In this document: positions 46,598-54,852 of the stretch, one piece after another
Layout of the letters: each line of letters begins with the position of its first letter
How positions within the stretch are numbered: the stretch's first letter is position 1
IMG/VR virus record: IMGVR_UViG_3300033076_000316
Location: 1 to 63,264 of that record
Origin: a virus
Taxonomy: Duplodnaviria > Caudoviricetes
Strand: one strand, 5' to 3'
Length of the DNA stretch: 63,264 bases
The notes under the pieces: generated by a model
Told to the model about the DNA's origin: nothing
The model's database searches: none
The model's input: the letters and a program-made list of their open reading frames with translations, nothing else
Position numbers and translations under genes: made by a program

Positions 46598-46922
46598 CTT
46601 GGAGGAACTCTCCATTGTCAAACTTCTGTCCACGAAATACTTTAGTCAACTCTGGGTGAAACTCAACCATCTGATGCTCTTGTGAAAAAAGGCGAGATAA
46701 GTGAGAGTTAACCTTGATAATGTCCTCTACCTTCCCATCAACTACGATAGCAAAAGAAAAGGTTTCTAAGTTAGCTGGAGGAATCGGAGCCATAAAGTTA
46801 GCCTCACCATACTTTGGCTCAGGTAAACGAGTCCTATCTAAGATGGCTTCTTTAATAACCTTAAACAAACTAGGAGAGTGCTCATAGTACAGCTCTCCAT
46901 ACAGCTTCTTATATTTTCCCAT
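46587..46922 (-). CDS. hypothetical protein
   Basis: ORF track; coupled. Confidence 0.7.
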   Translation of the reverse strand: MGKYKKLYGELYYEHSPSLFKVIKEAILDRTRLPEPKYGEANFMAPIPPANLETFSFAIVVDGKVEDIIKVNSHLSRLFSQEHQMVEFHPELTKVFRGQKFDNGEFLQDEA

Positions 46923-47608
46923 TAGTTAAACTTCTTCTTTTTCCAGATACGGTTTTTGTAAGAGTTATCGTCAGTCTTAACAAACTGCGACTGTAAAGCG
47001 TTCAAGTAGCGGAGCCCAACGTTATTAGGCACATGATGCCATGATGCTCGCTTAACAGGGATTAGCTGCGCAATAGGTGTGCCTGCAGGGATTACTCCCA
47101 AGAAATCTTCCTTAATGAAGAAGGGAAGGCTTCCATTTGCGTTGAAGTCATCGCTATCAATAATTCCAGACGTAATAGTAAAAGGAAGCTCGTACCTATT
47201 CAATGGTGGAACAACCAGGGTGCTCCAACCTTTGGGTGTCTTCCATCCCCATTTACCTACAAAAACTAAATGGTTAGGCAAGTGACCTGATGGTCGTGGG
47301 ATAGTGTGGCCTTGAGCCATGTCACGTTCCGCAATGAAATCTTTAAAAGACTCTGGGCCATCCCAAGTTAGGTTCAAAGTCCCATCCTCATTACGGGCAA
47401 CGTTGATATCGAATGGAGTTACAAATGCGTAACCGCTAATCATTGCGTCTAGAAATGGGGCACACTTCTTTAAGCCTGGTATTTTTCGATTGTCTTTTGT
47501 GAAGTAGCTTTCAGCCTTACGGTACCATTCAGGTAACAAAAGTTTAATCGGAACTGGTTGACCCAGGTTATGGTACTGTTTTTCAGAAAAGAAATGGATT
47601 AGCTTCAT
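46922..47608 (-). CDS. dUTPase-fold-like hypothetical protein (DUF6065-like)
   Basis: PEWY, KKC.PFLDAM..GY, W.WKTPKGWS, GIIDSD, GTPIAQLIP.KR. Confidence 0.55.
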   Translation of the reverse strand: MKLIHFFSEKQYHNLGQPVPIKLLLPEWYRKAESYFTKDNRKIPGLKKCAPFLDAMISGYAFVTPFDINVARNEDGTLNLTWDGPESFKDFIAERDMAQGHTIPRPSGHLPNHLVFVGKWGWKTPKGWSTLVVPPLNRYELPFTITSGIIDSDDFNANGSLPFFIKEDFLGVIPAGTPIAQLIPVKRASWHHVPNNVGLRYLNALQSQFVKTDDNSYKNRIWKKKKFN

Positions 47609-47629
47609 AGCTAAATCCTATAACACGTA

Positions 47630-48466
47630 TTAGTTTCTCGTAATGTTTACTGAAGTAGCTATTACGTAGCTCTGAGTTAGCGGAGAAGACTTCAAACTAA
47701 TCCCATACTTAGATGTGGTAGTCGCTCCTGTGACTGTGTAAGTTTTATCAGTACTGAGCTGGTTAGTCAATGCCGAGTCAGAATACGCCTGAACAGTGAG
47801 GTTACTGCCAGAAGTTTTTACTCTAAATGAGGCAATGGTTGAGCTGGTGCTTAAGGCCCAGTTAGTTACCTCACTAATAACTCCTGCAACTGACTTCATA
47901 AGTCGAAGGTACTGAGTATTTACATATCCAGTAATGCTCCCATAGTTAGCAGAGGTGCTTGATTGGTAGTGGTCTCGCTGGTTAGTGGTATACGTAGGAG
48001 AGGAAGCGTATGCAGTATACGTTTGATAGTTTGGCGAACCAGTAAAAACGGTATAAGAATATGTAGTATAGCCACTAACAAAAGTGACATAATCCGTATA
48101 CCAGAACGACCAACTAGTAGAGTATCCAGTGATACCAGTGTAGGTATAACTAGTTTGTACTAAGTCCTGCCCTACTAGATACCAGTCAGTGCTTGACTGT
48201 ACCCAAATTGCTGCAGAAGAACCCTGACCTGTACCAGTAAGCTCAACTGAGTTATCTATTGTAGGCATGTCAATCGTAGACATAGGGTATGCAGTGTTCG
48301 AGTTAGGAGAAGTAGCTGAGTTTCCAGAAATACTCAAAGAACTGGTTGTAGGAGTCCACAAGCTCCCATCCGTAGAAGTTCCTAAGCTAGACGAGTTTGC
48401 TCGGGTGAAGTTATCAAAAAAGCGCTCTCTTACTGCCGTAAATCTACTACCAAGAAATGTTCCCAT
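47630..48466 (-). CDS. Ser/Thr-rich virion protein, lectin-like beta-sandwich with Tyr/Thr-rich insert
   Basis: DNFTRAN..SLGT.TDG..W start; follows a collagen fibre gene. Confidence 0.55.
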   Translation of the reverse strand: MGTFLGSRFTAVRERFFDNFTRANSSSLGTSTDGSLWTPTTSSLSISGNSATSPNSNTAYPMSTIDMPTIDNSVELTGTGQGSSAAIWVQSSTDWYLVGQDLVQTSYTYTGITGYSTSWSFWYTDYVTFVSGYTTYSYTVFTGSPNYQTYTAYASSPTYTTNQRDHYQSSTSANYGSITGYVNTQYLRLMKSVAGVISEVTNWALSTSSTIASFRVKTSGSNLTVQAYSDSALTNQLSTDKTYTVTGATTTSKYGISLKSSPLTQSYVIATSVNITRN

Positions 48467-49164
48467 TAGAGAGTTGTATCTCCAGAAAGAAGCCAAGCAT
48501 CTGTTGCGACTTTAATTAACGATGCAGGAGAATACTGAGCACGAAGTTTAAATCCTGGAGTAGAGTACACCGATGTAACTATAGAGTTTACTGCAGACAC
48601 AGTTACCTGACCTACGCCAAACTGAGCAATATTAATAGTAGTTCCTACAGGAAATGCAACAGAGGCATTGGTAGGAATTAAAAGAGAGATGGCAGCAGCA
48701 TTAGACAGCGTGACTAAAGCATCCTTATCAACTAGCGCTACGGTATACGTAGTTCCAGTTTGAGTGTTTACAGTGGTTACTGTAGGTGCTGCTGCGCCTG
48801 TAGGTCCCGTAGGACCTGTAGGGCCAGTCGTGCCAGTCGGACCAGTAACAGTAGACGCTGCACCAGTAGGCCCCGTAGGACCAGTGACACCGATAAAGCC
48901 TTGAGGACCTGTTGGACCAGTAGGACCCGTTGGACCAGTAACGCTAGGACCAGTAGGACCAACGGAACCAGTAGGGCCAGTAGGTCCGATAACTCCTACC
49001 GCGTTCTGATAAGGAAGCAGGTTCCAAGCAGTTATGCCGTTGCCAACTTTAGTCTTTAGAGTGTCTAGTTCTACACCCATTTCTCCAGCATTTAGAGTAG
49101 GGTTGGCGGCAGTCCAATCAGCGGCAAGTCCGCGAAGATGTTGGATTCTAGTTTGTACGGCCAT
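48466..49164 (-). CDS. short collagen-like (GPT repeat) fibre protein
   Basis: N-terminal W.AANP.L.AGE.G.E.DT.K.KVGNG..AW..LPY fibre module, Gly-Pro-Thr repeats, C-terminal FPVGT...W...GD domain. Confidence 0.85.
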   Translation of the reverse strand: MAVQTRIQHLRGLAADWTAANPTLNAGEMGVELDTLKTKVGNGITAWNLLPYQNAVGVIGPTGPTGSVGPTGPSVTGPTGPTGPTGPQGFIGVTGPTGPTGAASTVTGPTGTTGPTGPTGPTGAAAPTVTTVNTQTGTTYTVALVDKDALVTLSNAAAISLLIPTNASVAFPVGTTINIAQFGVGQVTVSAVNSIVTSVYSTPGFKLRAQYSPASLIKVATDAWLLSGDTTL

Positions 49165-49230
49165 TAGTAACCTCCGTTAAGTCTACTTACATTATCCTTT
49201 GTAGACGTTAAGATTATTCGCTAAACGAGG

Positions 49231-49431
49231 TTACTGAACTCTAGTTCCAAGCTTCGCCCAAGCTCGCTCATGGGCGTAGAAAAGTCCAGCTTCCCAGATA
49301 ATCTCAGCAGAAGCTAGGATTGCTGAGATACGCAGGTCATGAGTAATAAGCAGGGCCACTGTCATGGCCACGGTAATGTGAGCTACGTACCAGCTGGCAG
49401 TCTTAAGCAAACTTCTTTTATTAGATTCCAT
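49231..49431 (-). CDS. DUF2061-like membrane protein
   Basis: ESNKRSLLKTASW...FYAHERAW. Confidence 0.8.
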   Translation of the reverse strand: MESNKRSLLKTASWYVAHITVAMTVALLITHDLRISAILASAEIIWEAGLFYAHERAWAKLGTRVQ

Positions 49432-49436
49432 AGTTA

Positions 49437-50477
49437 CTATCCTTCAAGTTTGTAGAATTTCAAGTTATTTATAAGTCGAGTATCAGCAGGGTTTAGCTCT
49501 GCAGCTTTTTCTCCATACTTAAGGGCTTCTTCTTTAAACCCAAGTTTGTGCGCCGAAATTGCAGCTAAATCATATGGAAGCTCATTCCAGGCAAATTCCT
49601 CACACAAGTAGTCCAACGGTTTTTCTGCGATGTTTATTGCATCAAGAGCACGCCAGTAACAATTCTGCCAATCCTCACGATTGTAAAAGTACTGAGCTAG
49701 TTCAACCAGTGCCTCACGACGACCAGGGGCCTCGGAGATAGCCTCTTCCAACCATGAGCGTGCTTGGTCAGGCAAGCACTTCGCCAAATAGCGCATAGAC
49801 GCAGCACGCTCAGGGGCCCACACAGCCTTATCCAGACTTAGGTGCCGCTGTAGTTCACGAGCAGCTTCTTCGTACTTTCCCCAGAAGAAAAGTTCACGTC
49901 CATAGTAGAAAGCATTACGGTCATCCGTAGGGTCTTCTTTAGTAGAGAGCTCTAGTAGCGGGAAGTACTGACCACGGCTCTTAGTCTCATCAGGGTGGTG
50001 ATGAATCTCTAGGCCAACAACCTCCTGAGTTTCATCCATGCGGTCAGTCACTAGGACCTCATGGACTGGGTGCTTCCAACGGTAGCCATGGCGCTTGTGA
50101 ATCTTATCGCCGTTGTACTGAAGACCTGGTTTACCGTCTACCCACGACCACGTGTACTTGTAGCGCGGCCTCGTAGTAGTAGCTTTTTCAAGTTCTTCAC
50201 GCCATCCAGGAACAAGAACTTCATCCATATCCAAAGCAATACAGTAATCAATATCGGCAGGAAGAAGAGCAAGAGAAGCATTGCGAGCGTCATCGAAACG
50301 CCAAGGGCTAATGGAAGCAACCACAACCTCAATACCAAGGGACCTCGCAATATCAACCGTGCCGTCGTTGCTGCCAGTATCGAGGATAAATCTAACATCC
50401 GCTTCTTTAGCTGATTCAGCCCATCGTTCAACAAACTGCTCTTCATTTTTTGCAATCGAATACACCGCTATTTTCAT
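49437..50477 (-). CDS. GT2 glycosyltransferase with TPR repeats
   Basis: IAKNEE, LDTGS.DGT, FDDARN, LDMDE, PVHE, then helical repeats. Confidence 0.92.
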   Translation of the reverse strand: MKIAVYSIAKNEEQFVERWAESAKEADVRFILDTGSNDGTVDIARSLGIEVVVASISPWRFDDARNASLALLPADIDYCIALDMDEVLVPGWREELEKATTTRPRYKYTWSWVDGKPGLQYNGDKIHKRHGYRWKHPVHEVLVTDRMDETQEVVGLEIHHHPDETKSRGQYFPLLELSTKEDPTDDRNAFYYGRELFFWGKYEEAARELQRHLSLDKAVWAPERAASMRYLAKCLPDQARSWLEEAISEAPGRREALVELAQYFYNREDWQNCYWRALDAINIAEKPLDYLCEEFAWNELPYDLAAISAHKLGFKEEALKYGEKAAELNPADTRLINNLKFYKLEG

Positions 50478-50482
50478 ATAAA

Positions 50483-51232
50483 CTAGCCTACTTTACTATA
50501 GGTCCAACGTTCAATGGCACAGTGAGTCTGCTCCTCAGCAATGTCATTAGTAATTCCAAATCGTCCTAATAGAGATGCCGTAACTGCCACAATTCCAGAA
50601 CCTCCGAATGGGTCTAGAACCACATCACCCTCTATGGTGAACATCTCAATAAACCTACGAGCTACTTCCGAGTTCATAGAGTCCAGCATGAAGTACGTCT
50701 CAGATAGCTTTTGGTCCACTATTGAATCAAGATTATTAAATCTAAGATTCCAGACTGGATTGCTGTACATTCCTGCAAATTTTTCATTACGAATGAATTC
50801 GACATTGTCAGTGAGTTCCTCACTTGGCTTACGAAAGTGATACCAATAAGTTAGGCAGTTTCTATCAATAGTCTTAAACTCTGGTTCTCCCGACTCCATA
50901 GCACCGTAAGAGTTCTGTACGACCGTATCCAGATAAACGAACTCTCTAGCAGAAATGACCTGACTCACATATGCCGAGTCAAATCTGTCGCTAGTCGAGT
51001 TAGCAATGACGAGATTTCCTCCAGGCTTAAGTACCCTGTACATCTCCCTAGTCGCCAGTCTGAGCTGCCTAAGCATCGTCTGCCTGTCATTAGAAGCGTT
51101 TATTTGTAGAGAGTCATCTCCACCAAATCTTCCTACCGATTCTTCAATGTACGGAGGGTGTGTAATGATTAGGTCTACGCTCTCATCCTCTAGAGATAGA
51201 GCAAGAGCGTTCTCAGTAAGGAACTGAATCAT
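50483..51232 (-). CDS. SAM-dependent methyltransferase, beta-class N6/N4 DNA MTase-like
   Basis: DLIITHPPY, RVLKPGG, VLDPFGGSG. Confidence 0.8.
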   Translation of the reverse strand: MIQFLTENALALSLEDESVDLIITHPPYIEESVGRFGGDDSLQINASNDRQTMLRQLRLATREMYRVLKPGGNLVIANSTSDRFDSAYVSQVISAREFVYLDTVVQNSYGAMESGEPEFKTIDRNCLTYWYHFRKPSEELTDNVEFIRNEKFAGMYSNPVWNLRFNNLDSIVDQKLSETYFMLDSMNSEVARRFIEMFTIEGDVVLDPFGGSGIVAVTASLLGRFGITNDIAEEQTHCAIERWTYSKVG

Positions 51233-51867
51233 AATTTAATCATTTTACTTAGGTCGTCTGTAACGCCCCAGCCATCGTCGTACCACGGAGTAGGCATCCG
51301 CTCTACTGAGTCAGCTACGCCAGGATGCAAAATAGGAGACGCCATGTCTGGCCTAGCAGTATGAAACATAGGCACAGTATATCTACGACCAGTTACAGGC
51401 TTCACTCCATGAAGGTACTCGTGACCACCGCAAGGAAACATGACAACATCTCCGCACTGAGGCTTGTAGTAATATCCCTGATTTGGAAAATAGATTTCCC
51501 CACCTTCATAGCCGTCGTTTAGGTACAGTACTGATGAGAAGATTAGGTGCTCATACCCATCGTGAGAATCTGTGTGAGCCATACTTTTTGCCCCTGGCTT
51601 ATTCCAAAGAGAAAGCCATCCCTCACGGGTGTACAGCGGGTACAGGTATCCGTGAAACGAGGCTTGCTCAGCTAGGACCAGGTCAGAATACTTCTTTACA
51701 AAGTCAGAGCACTCTGGGTCTGCTTCAGGAACCACCCAAACATCCTCATTGCCATTAAATTCCTCTAGACGGTTGTTTGCCTCATACTTATCTACTAAAG
51801 CTACCGCCCTAGCGCAGTCCTCTTTTGATACGAAATTGTGAATGATTTTTACTCGAAAGTTATCCAA
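51229..51867 (-). CDS. 2OG-Fe(II) oxygenase (prolyl hydroxylase-like)
   Basis: HTD, LYLNDGYEGGEIYF, HGVKPVTG.RY. Confidence 0.92.
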   Translation of the reverse strand: MDNFRVKIIHNFVSKEDCARAVALVDKYEANNRLEEFNGNEDVWVVPEADPECSDFVKKYSDLVLAEQASFHGYLYPLYTREGWLSLWNKPGAKSMAHTDSHDGYEHLIFSSVLYLNDGYEGGEIYFPNQGYYYKPQCGDVVMFPCGGHEYLHGVKPVTGRRYTVPMFHTARPDMASPILHPGVADSVERMPTPWYDDGWGVTDDLSKMIKL

Positions 51868-51876
51868 TTAATGCTC

Positions 51877-52050
51877 CTAGAATGAGTGAAGTGGTTTTTC
51901 CTTGCTACCGTATCCATCTCCTGGCTTGAATTCCCAGCCGTATACCTCACGGAATATCTCAGCTCGTTCTCCATGCCACAAAGGCCGTCCAAGTTCCTTT
52001 TCCTTAGCTTCAATCAGCTCATGGACTTTCATCATGTTTTCTACTGACAT
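51877..52050 (-). CDS. hypothetical protein
   Basis: Likely start MSVENM immediately after the SufT-like stop. Confidence 0.6.
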   Translation of the reverse strand: MSVENMMKVHELIEAKEKELGRPLWHGERAEIFREVYGWEFKPGDGYGSKEKPLHSF

Positions 52051-52051
52051 G

Positions 52052-52417
52052 CTAGTCTCCAAACTGTTCTTTAGTTCGTTTAACCCAAGTAGTAGGTTCA
52101 AATACTTTCATTGGGAATCCAATAGCCGCAAGCTGCTCACGGCCATCAGCGGTAATCTTAGAGATATCCCAAATAGGGTCATTTACCCAAGTAATTTTGG
52201 TTTCATATCCAGCTTTAGACATCCACTCTGAGATGTCTGTCTCAATCTCATCCTGCATTAGACAGACCACAGATGTGAGAGTCATGTCAATTTCCACAGT
52301 CCTGTCTATGATACGAATGTCATAAACCATACCCAGGTCGTACACGTTGATGTTAATTTCAGGGTCGATAACTTCGTAAAGAATATCAACGATGTTTTCT
52401 TTAGTTAGTGTGCGCAT
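52052..52417 (-). CDS. SufT/DUF59 Fe-S cluster assembly factor
   Basis: VIDPEININVYDLGMVY, MTLTS..C.M, DP.W. Confidence 0.9.
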   Translation of the reverse strand: MRTLTKENIVDILYEVIDPEININVYDLGMVYDIRIIDRTVEIDMTLTSVVCLMQDEIETDISEWMSKAGYETKITWVNDPIWDISKITADGREQLAAIGFPMKVFEPTTWVKRTKEQFGD

Positions 52418-52947
52418 CCGCCGCCACCTCCGCCACAGCCACAGGCTCCGCCTCCGCCGCATCCACAGCCACCGCCAGAAGGCGCAAGAAGATTAATCAC
52501 AGGCCCACGAGCAATAGCCTCCTTGGCCTTCTTCTCCATTAGGTAGCGCTTCTTGGCCTCTAGTGGGTCAGCTGAACTTTTACGTTTTGGTTTACCTTCG
52601 GTGTCCAGCTCATCTGCGGCCCACTCGTCATCCGATACGTCGTAGGTGATGTGCTGATTATCTGGGCTATCCGTGTACCAGTCTTCGGTAAAATTCACGC
52701 TTTCAAAAGGAACTTCAGAGTATTTAATAGCTCTGGTAGGACATAGGACTGTAGTAGGAAGAACATCTTCCCACATCTCTTCTGGAACTGGAACCGTACC
52801 AGTATTATCATCTAGTAAGTTATACGCAATGGAAAACTTATCATAGGCAAACACATCGGGAGCCCAAGCCTGGCAACTACCACAAGCCACGCATGTATTT
52901 TGGTCTACCGCTATGTATAGATTTTTAATCGTCTTGGACACTTTCAA
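52405..52947 (-). CDS. ferredoxin (single cluster) with Gly/Cys-rich tail
   Basis: VDQNTCVACGSC...AP.VF...CPTRAI; tail GGGCGCGGGGACGCGGGGGGCAH. Confidence 0.88.
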   Translation of the reverse strand: MKVSKTIKNLYIAVDQNTCVACGSCQAWAPDVFAYDKFSIAYNLLDDNTGTVPVPEEMWEDVLPTTVLCPTRAIKYSEVPFESVNFTEDWYTDSPDNQHITYDVSDDEWAADELDTEGKPKRKSSADPLEAKKRYLMEKKAKEAIARGPVINLLAPSGGGCGCGGGGACGCGGGGGGCAH

Positions 52948-53299
52948 CGCCTTTAATTGTCGGAATTCTAGTACAAACTTCTTCTTCGATTAGTAGTAGG
53001 GTGCTAGCCGATACGGCGCAAGAGCCACATTCGCCTTGCATTGACAGCCTAGCCCAACCATTAGTAATGTCGATTAGTTCAATCGTACCGCCGTCACCTT
53101 TGATGTATGGGCCTAACTCATCCAGAAGCTCGTTAATCTTGTCCACTTCGGGACCTTCAGTAACTACTGTTTTTTCCAGTGGATTTCTAAACAGAGACTT
53201 CCTAGCTCCAAGTACGGGGCTAAACAATTTCTCCGAGTCAGGGTCAGATGCGACGTCATAATCAGCCACATCCAATGGGATGTGTACAAATTCACCCAT
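52925..53299 (-). CDS. Nfu/NifU-C Fe-S carrier protein
   Basis: PYIKGDGGTIEL...L.MQG.CGSC..S..TL..IE. Confidence 0.9.
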   Translation of the reverse strand: MGEFVHIPLDVADYDVASDPDSEKLFSPVLGARKSLFRNPLEKTVVTEGPEVDKINELLDELGPYIKGDGGTIELIDITNGWARLSMQGECGSCAVSASTLLLIEEEVCTRIPTIKGVESVQDD

Positions 53300-53304
53300 T
53301 AGTA

Positions 53305-53796
53305 TCAGTGATTGTGATTGTGATTGTGATTGTGGTGGTCATGGTCGTGTCCACCGCATGCCTCAGTATGGACGTGTTCCTGTCCTGGACTGTGCAATTC
53401 GCAAACATGTAGCGGCTGATTAGAAGACTCTTCACGGCTAAGAATAATCACGCTGTTTAGCACATCAAGAACATAGCTATGCTTAGTAGCGGGTGACTGT
53501 ATGTAGCTAGCCACTTCTTCAGGAAGATGTCCGTTAAGAATTTTAGCGGTAGCGTCCTCCGTATCGATAGTCAGCTGAGCAATCTTTTCAACGAATCGAT
53601 TAAAGTTAACTTCATTGGCTAGCTCATTAGTGGCATTAATATACGATAGAACTACGTTTTCTAACGCTGATTTTTGATAGTTTAAAAAGCGCATCCTTTT
53701 GGCGTCATTGACGTCAAAGCTTACAAAAATTTTTTGGTCACCTTCTAGGCCCAACAGGGCTTCAAGGAGAGACGAGAATTCCACGTGTGTGCTCAT
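53305..53796 (-). CDS. possible CXXX-system accessory protein with His-rich tail
   Basis: Helical body; tail HVHTEACGGHDHDHHNHNHNHNH; position in the rSAM operon. Confidence 0.5.
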   Translation of the reverse strand: MSTHVEFSSLLEALLGLEGDQKIFVSFDVNDAKRMRFLNYQKSALENVVLSYINATNELANEVNFNRFVEKIAQLTIDTEDATAKILNGHLPEEVASYIQSPATKHSYVLDVLNSVIILSREESSNQPLHVCELHSPGQEHVHTEACGGHDHDHHNHNHNHNH

Positions 53797-54059
53797 GTTG
53801 TAGGTATTTCTTTTCCAGTGTATTTCGAGATGTGCGGTACATGAGGAAAGTCGTAAAAAGGACTTCCCTTAATATACTTGCGACCTTCTTCGTCTTTAAG
53901 TATGGAACGCTTACCGTTGTCATCTTCCTGATAGATGCACGCCATTCCCTTACGCTGACCCATGTATTCAGAAATAGCAATCTCTTTATCAGTAAAGGTC
54001 GATTCTTTTCGTTCTCCGTTTAGACGATAAGTCTCGTCTTGGTACAAGTGATACTTCAT
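53793..54059 (-). CDS. hypothetical protein
   Basis: ORF track; AAGGA RBS; ATGA overlap. Confidence 0.7.
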   Translation of the reverse strand: MKYHLYQDETYRLNGERKESTFTDKEIAISEYMGQRKGMACIYQEDDNGKRSILKDEEGRKYIKGSPFYDFPHVPHISKYTGKEIPTT

Positions 54060-54072
54060 GTTTATCCTTTAT

Positions 54073-54852
54073 TTATGCAACGATGTTTTGGTTCATTAGT
54101 GCCTTTAGATAGGTAATCGCATCAGTCATGTCTGCAGTCTTTACAATGCTGTACTGGGTCTGTGAGTATGACTTACCACTTCCAGGGAAGTTGTTCAAGT
54201 CAGTAAACCACTTAGACACATGCTCAAGAAGAACAGCACCAGAAGTAGTCGGGGCAACAGCGTAAGCATTGTAAGTAGGAGTGTACCCACGACGACTGAA
54301 CTCTCCCACAGTATAAGTTAGCAGGTCATTATAGTCTGAAGCAGTAATGTACCCATTAGCAAGAATATTGGCACCTACGTTAGCAATAGTTGTCGCCTGC
54401 GAAGTGGCTGTACACATATTGTTACAGGTTCCAGAACAGGTTCCAGTACAAGCAGAGCAGCCTCCCGAACAGGTTCCAGTACAGCTTGAACATCCTCCTG
54501 AACAAGTTCCAGTACATCCAGAACATCCACCAGAGCAAGTTCCCGAACAACTAGTACAGGTTCCTGAACATCCCGAGCATCCAGAACAGCTGGTACATCC
54601 TCCAGTACAGTTATTCGAGCAGGCTCCTCCACAACCTCCAGAACATCCAGTACAACCACCAGAGCAAGTTCCCTGGCAAGTTCCAAAGCAGCCACCAGTA
54701 CAGGTTGTGTTACATGAGCCAGAGCAGGTTCCAAAACAGCTGGTGCAACCTGAGCAGGTTCCAGTACAGCTAGAGCAACCCTTACAACCTCCCGCACATC
54801 CTCCAGAACAAGTTCCAGAGCAACCAGTACAGCTTCCTTTAGCACACGCCAT
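54073..54852 (-). CDS. CXX/CXXX-repeat protein (40 Cys in residues 3-147) with C-terminal non-repetitive domain; putative rSAM substrate
   Basis: Direct count from the translation; TAATG-coupled to the rSAM gene. Confidence 0.85.
   Translation of the reverse strand: MACAKGSCTGCSGTCSGGCAGGCKGCSSCTGTCSGCTSCFGTCSGSCNTTCTGGCFGTCQGTCSGGCTGCSGGCGGACSNNCTGGCTSCSGCSGCSGTCTSCSGTCSGGCSGCTGTCSGGCSSCTGTCSGGCSACTGTCSGTCNNMCTATSQATTIANVGANILANGYITASDYNDLLTYTVGEFSRRGYTPTYNAYAVAPTTSGAVLLEHVSKWFTDLNNFPGSGKSYSQTQYSIVKTADMTDAITYLKALMNQNIVA

Noticed and set aside
46922-47608. Call as an active dUTPase
   Set aside because: Only a G.ID.D-like fragment is present; the other dUTPase motifs are not evident.
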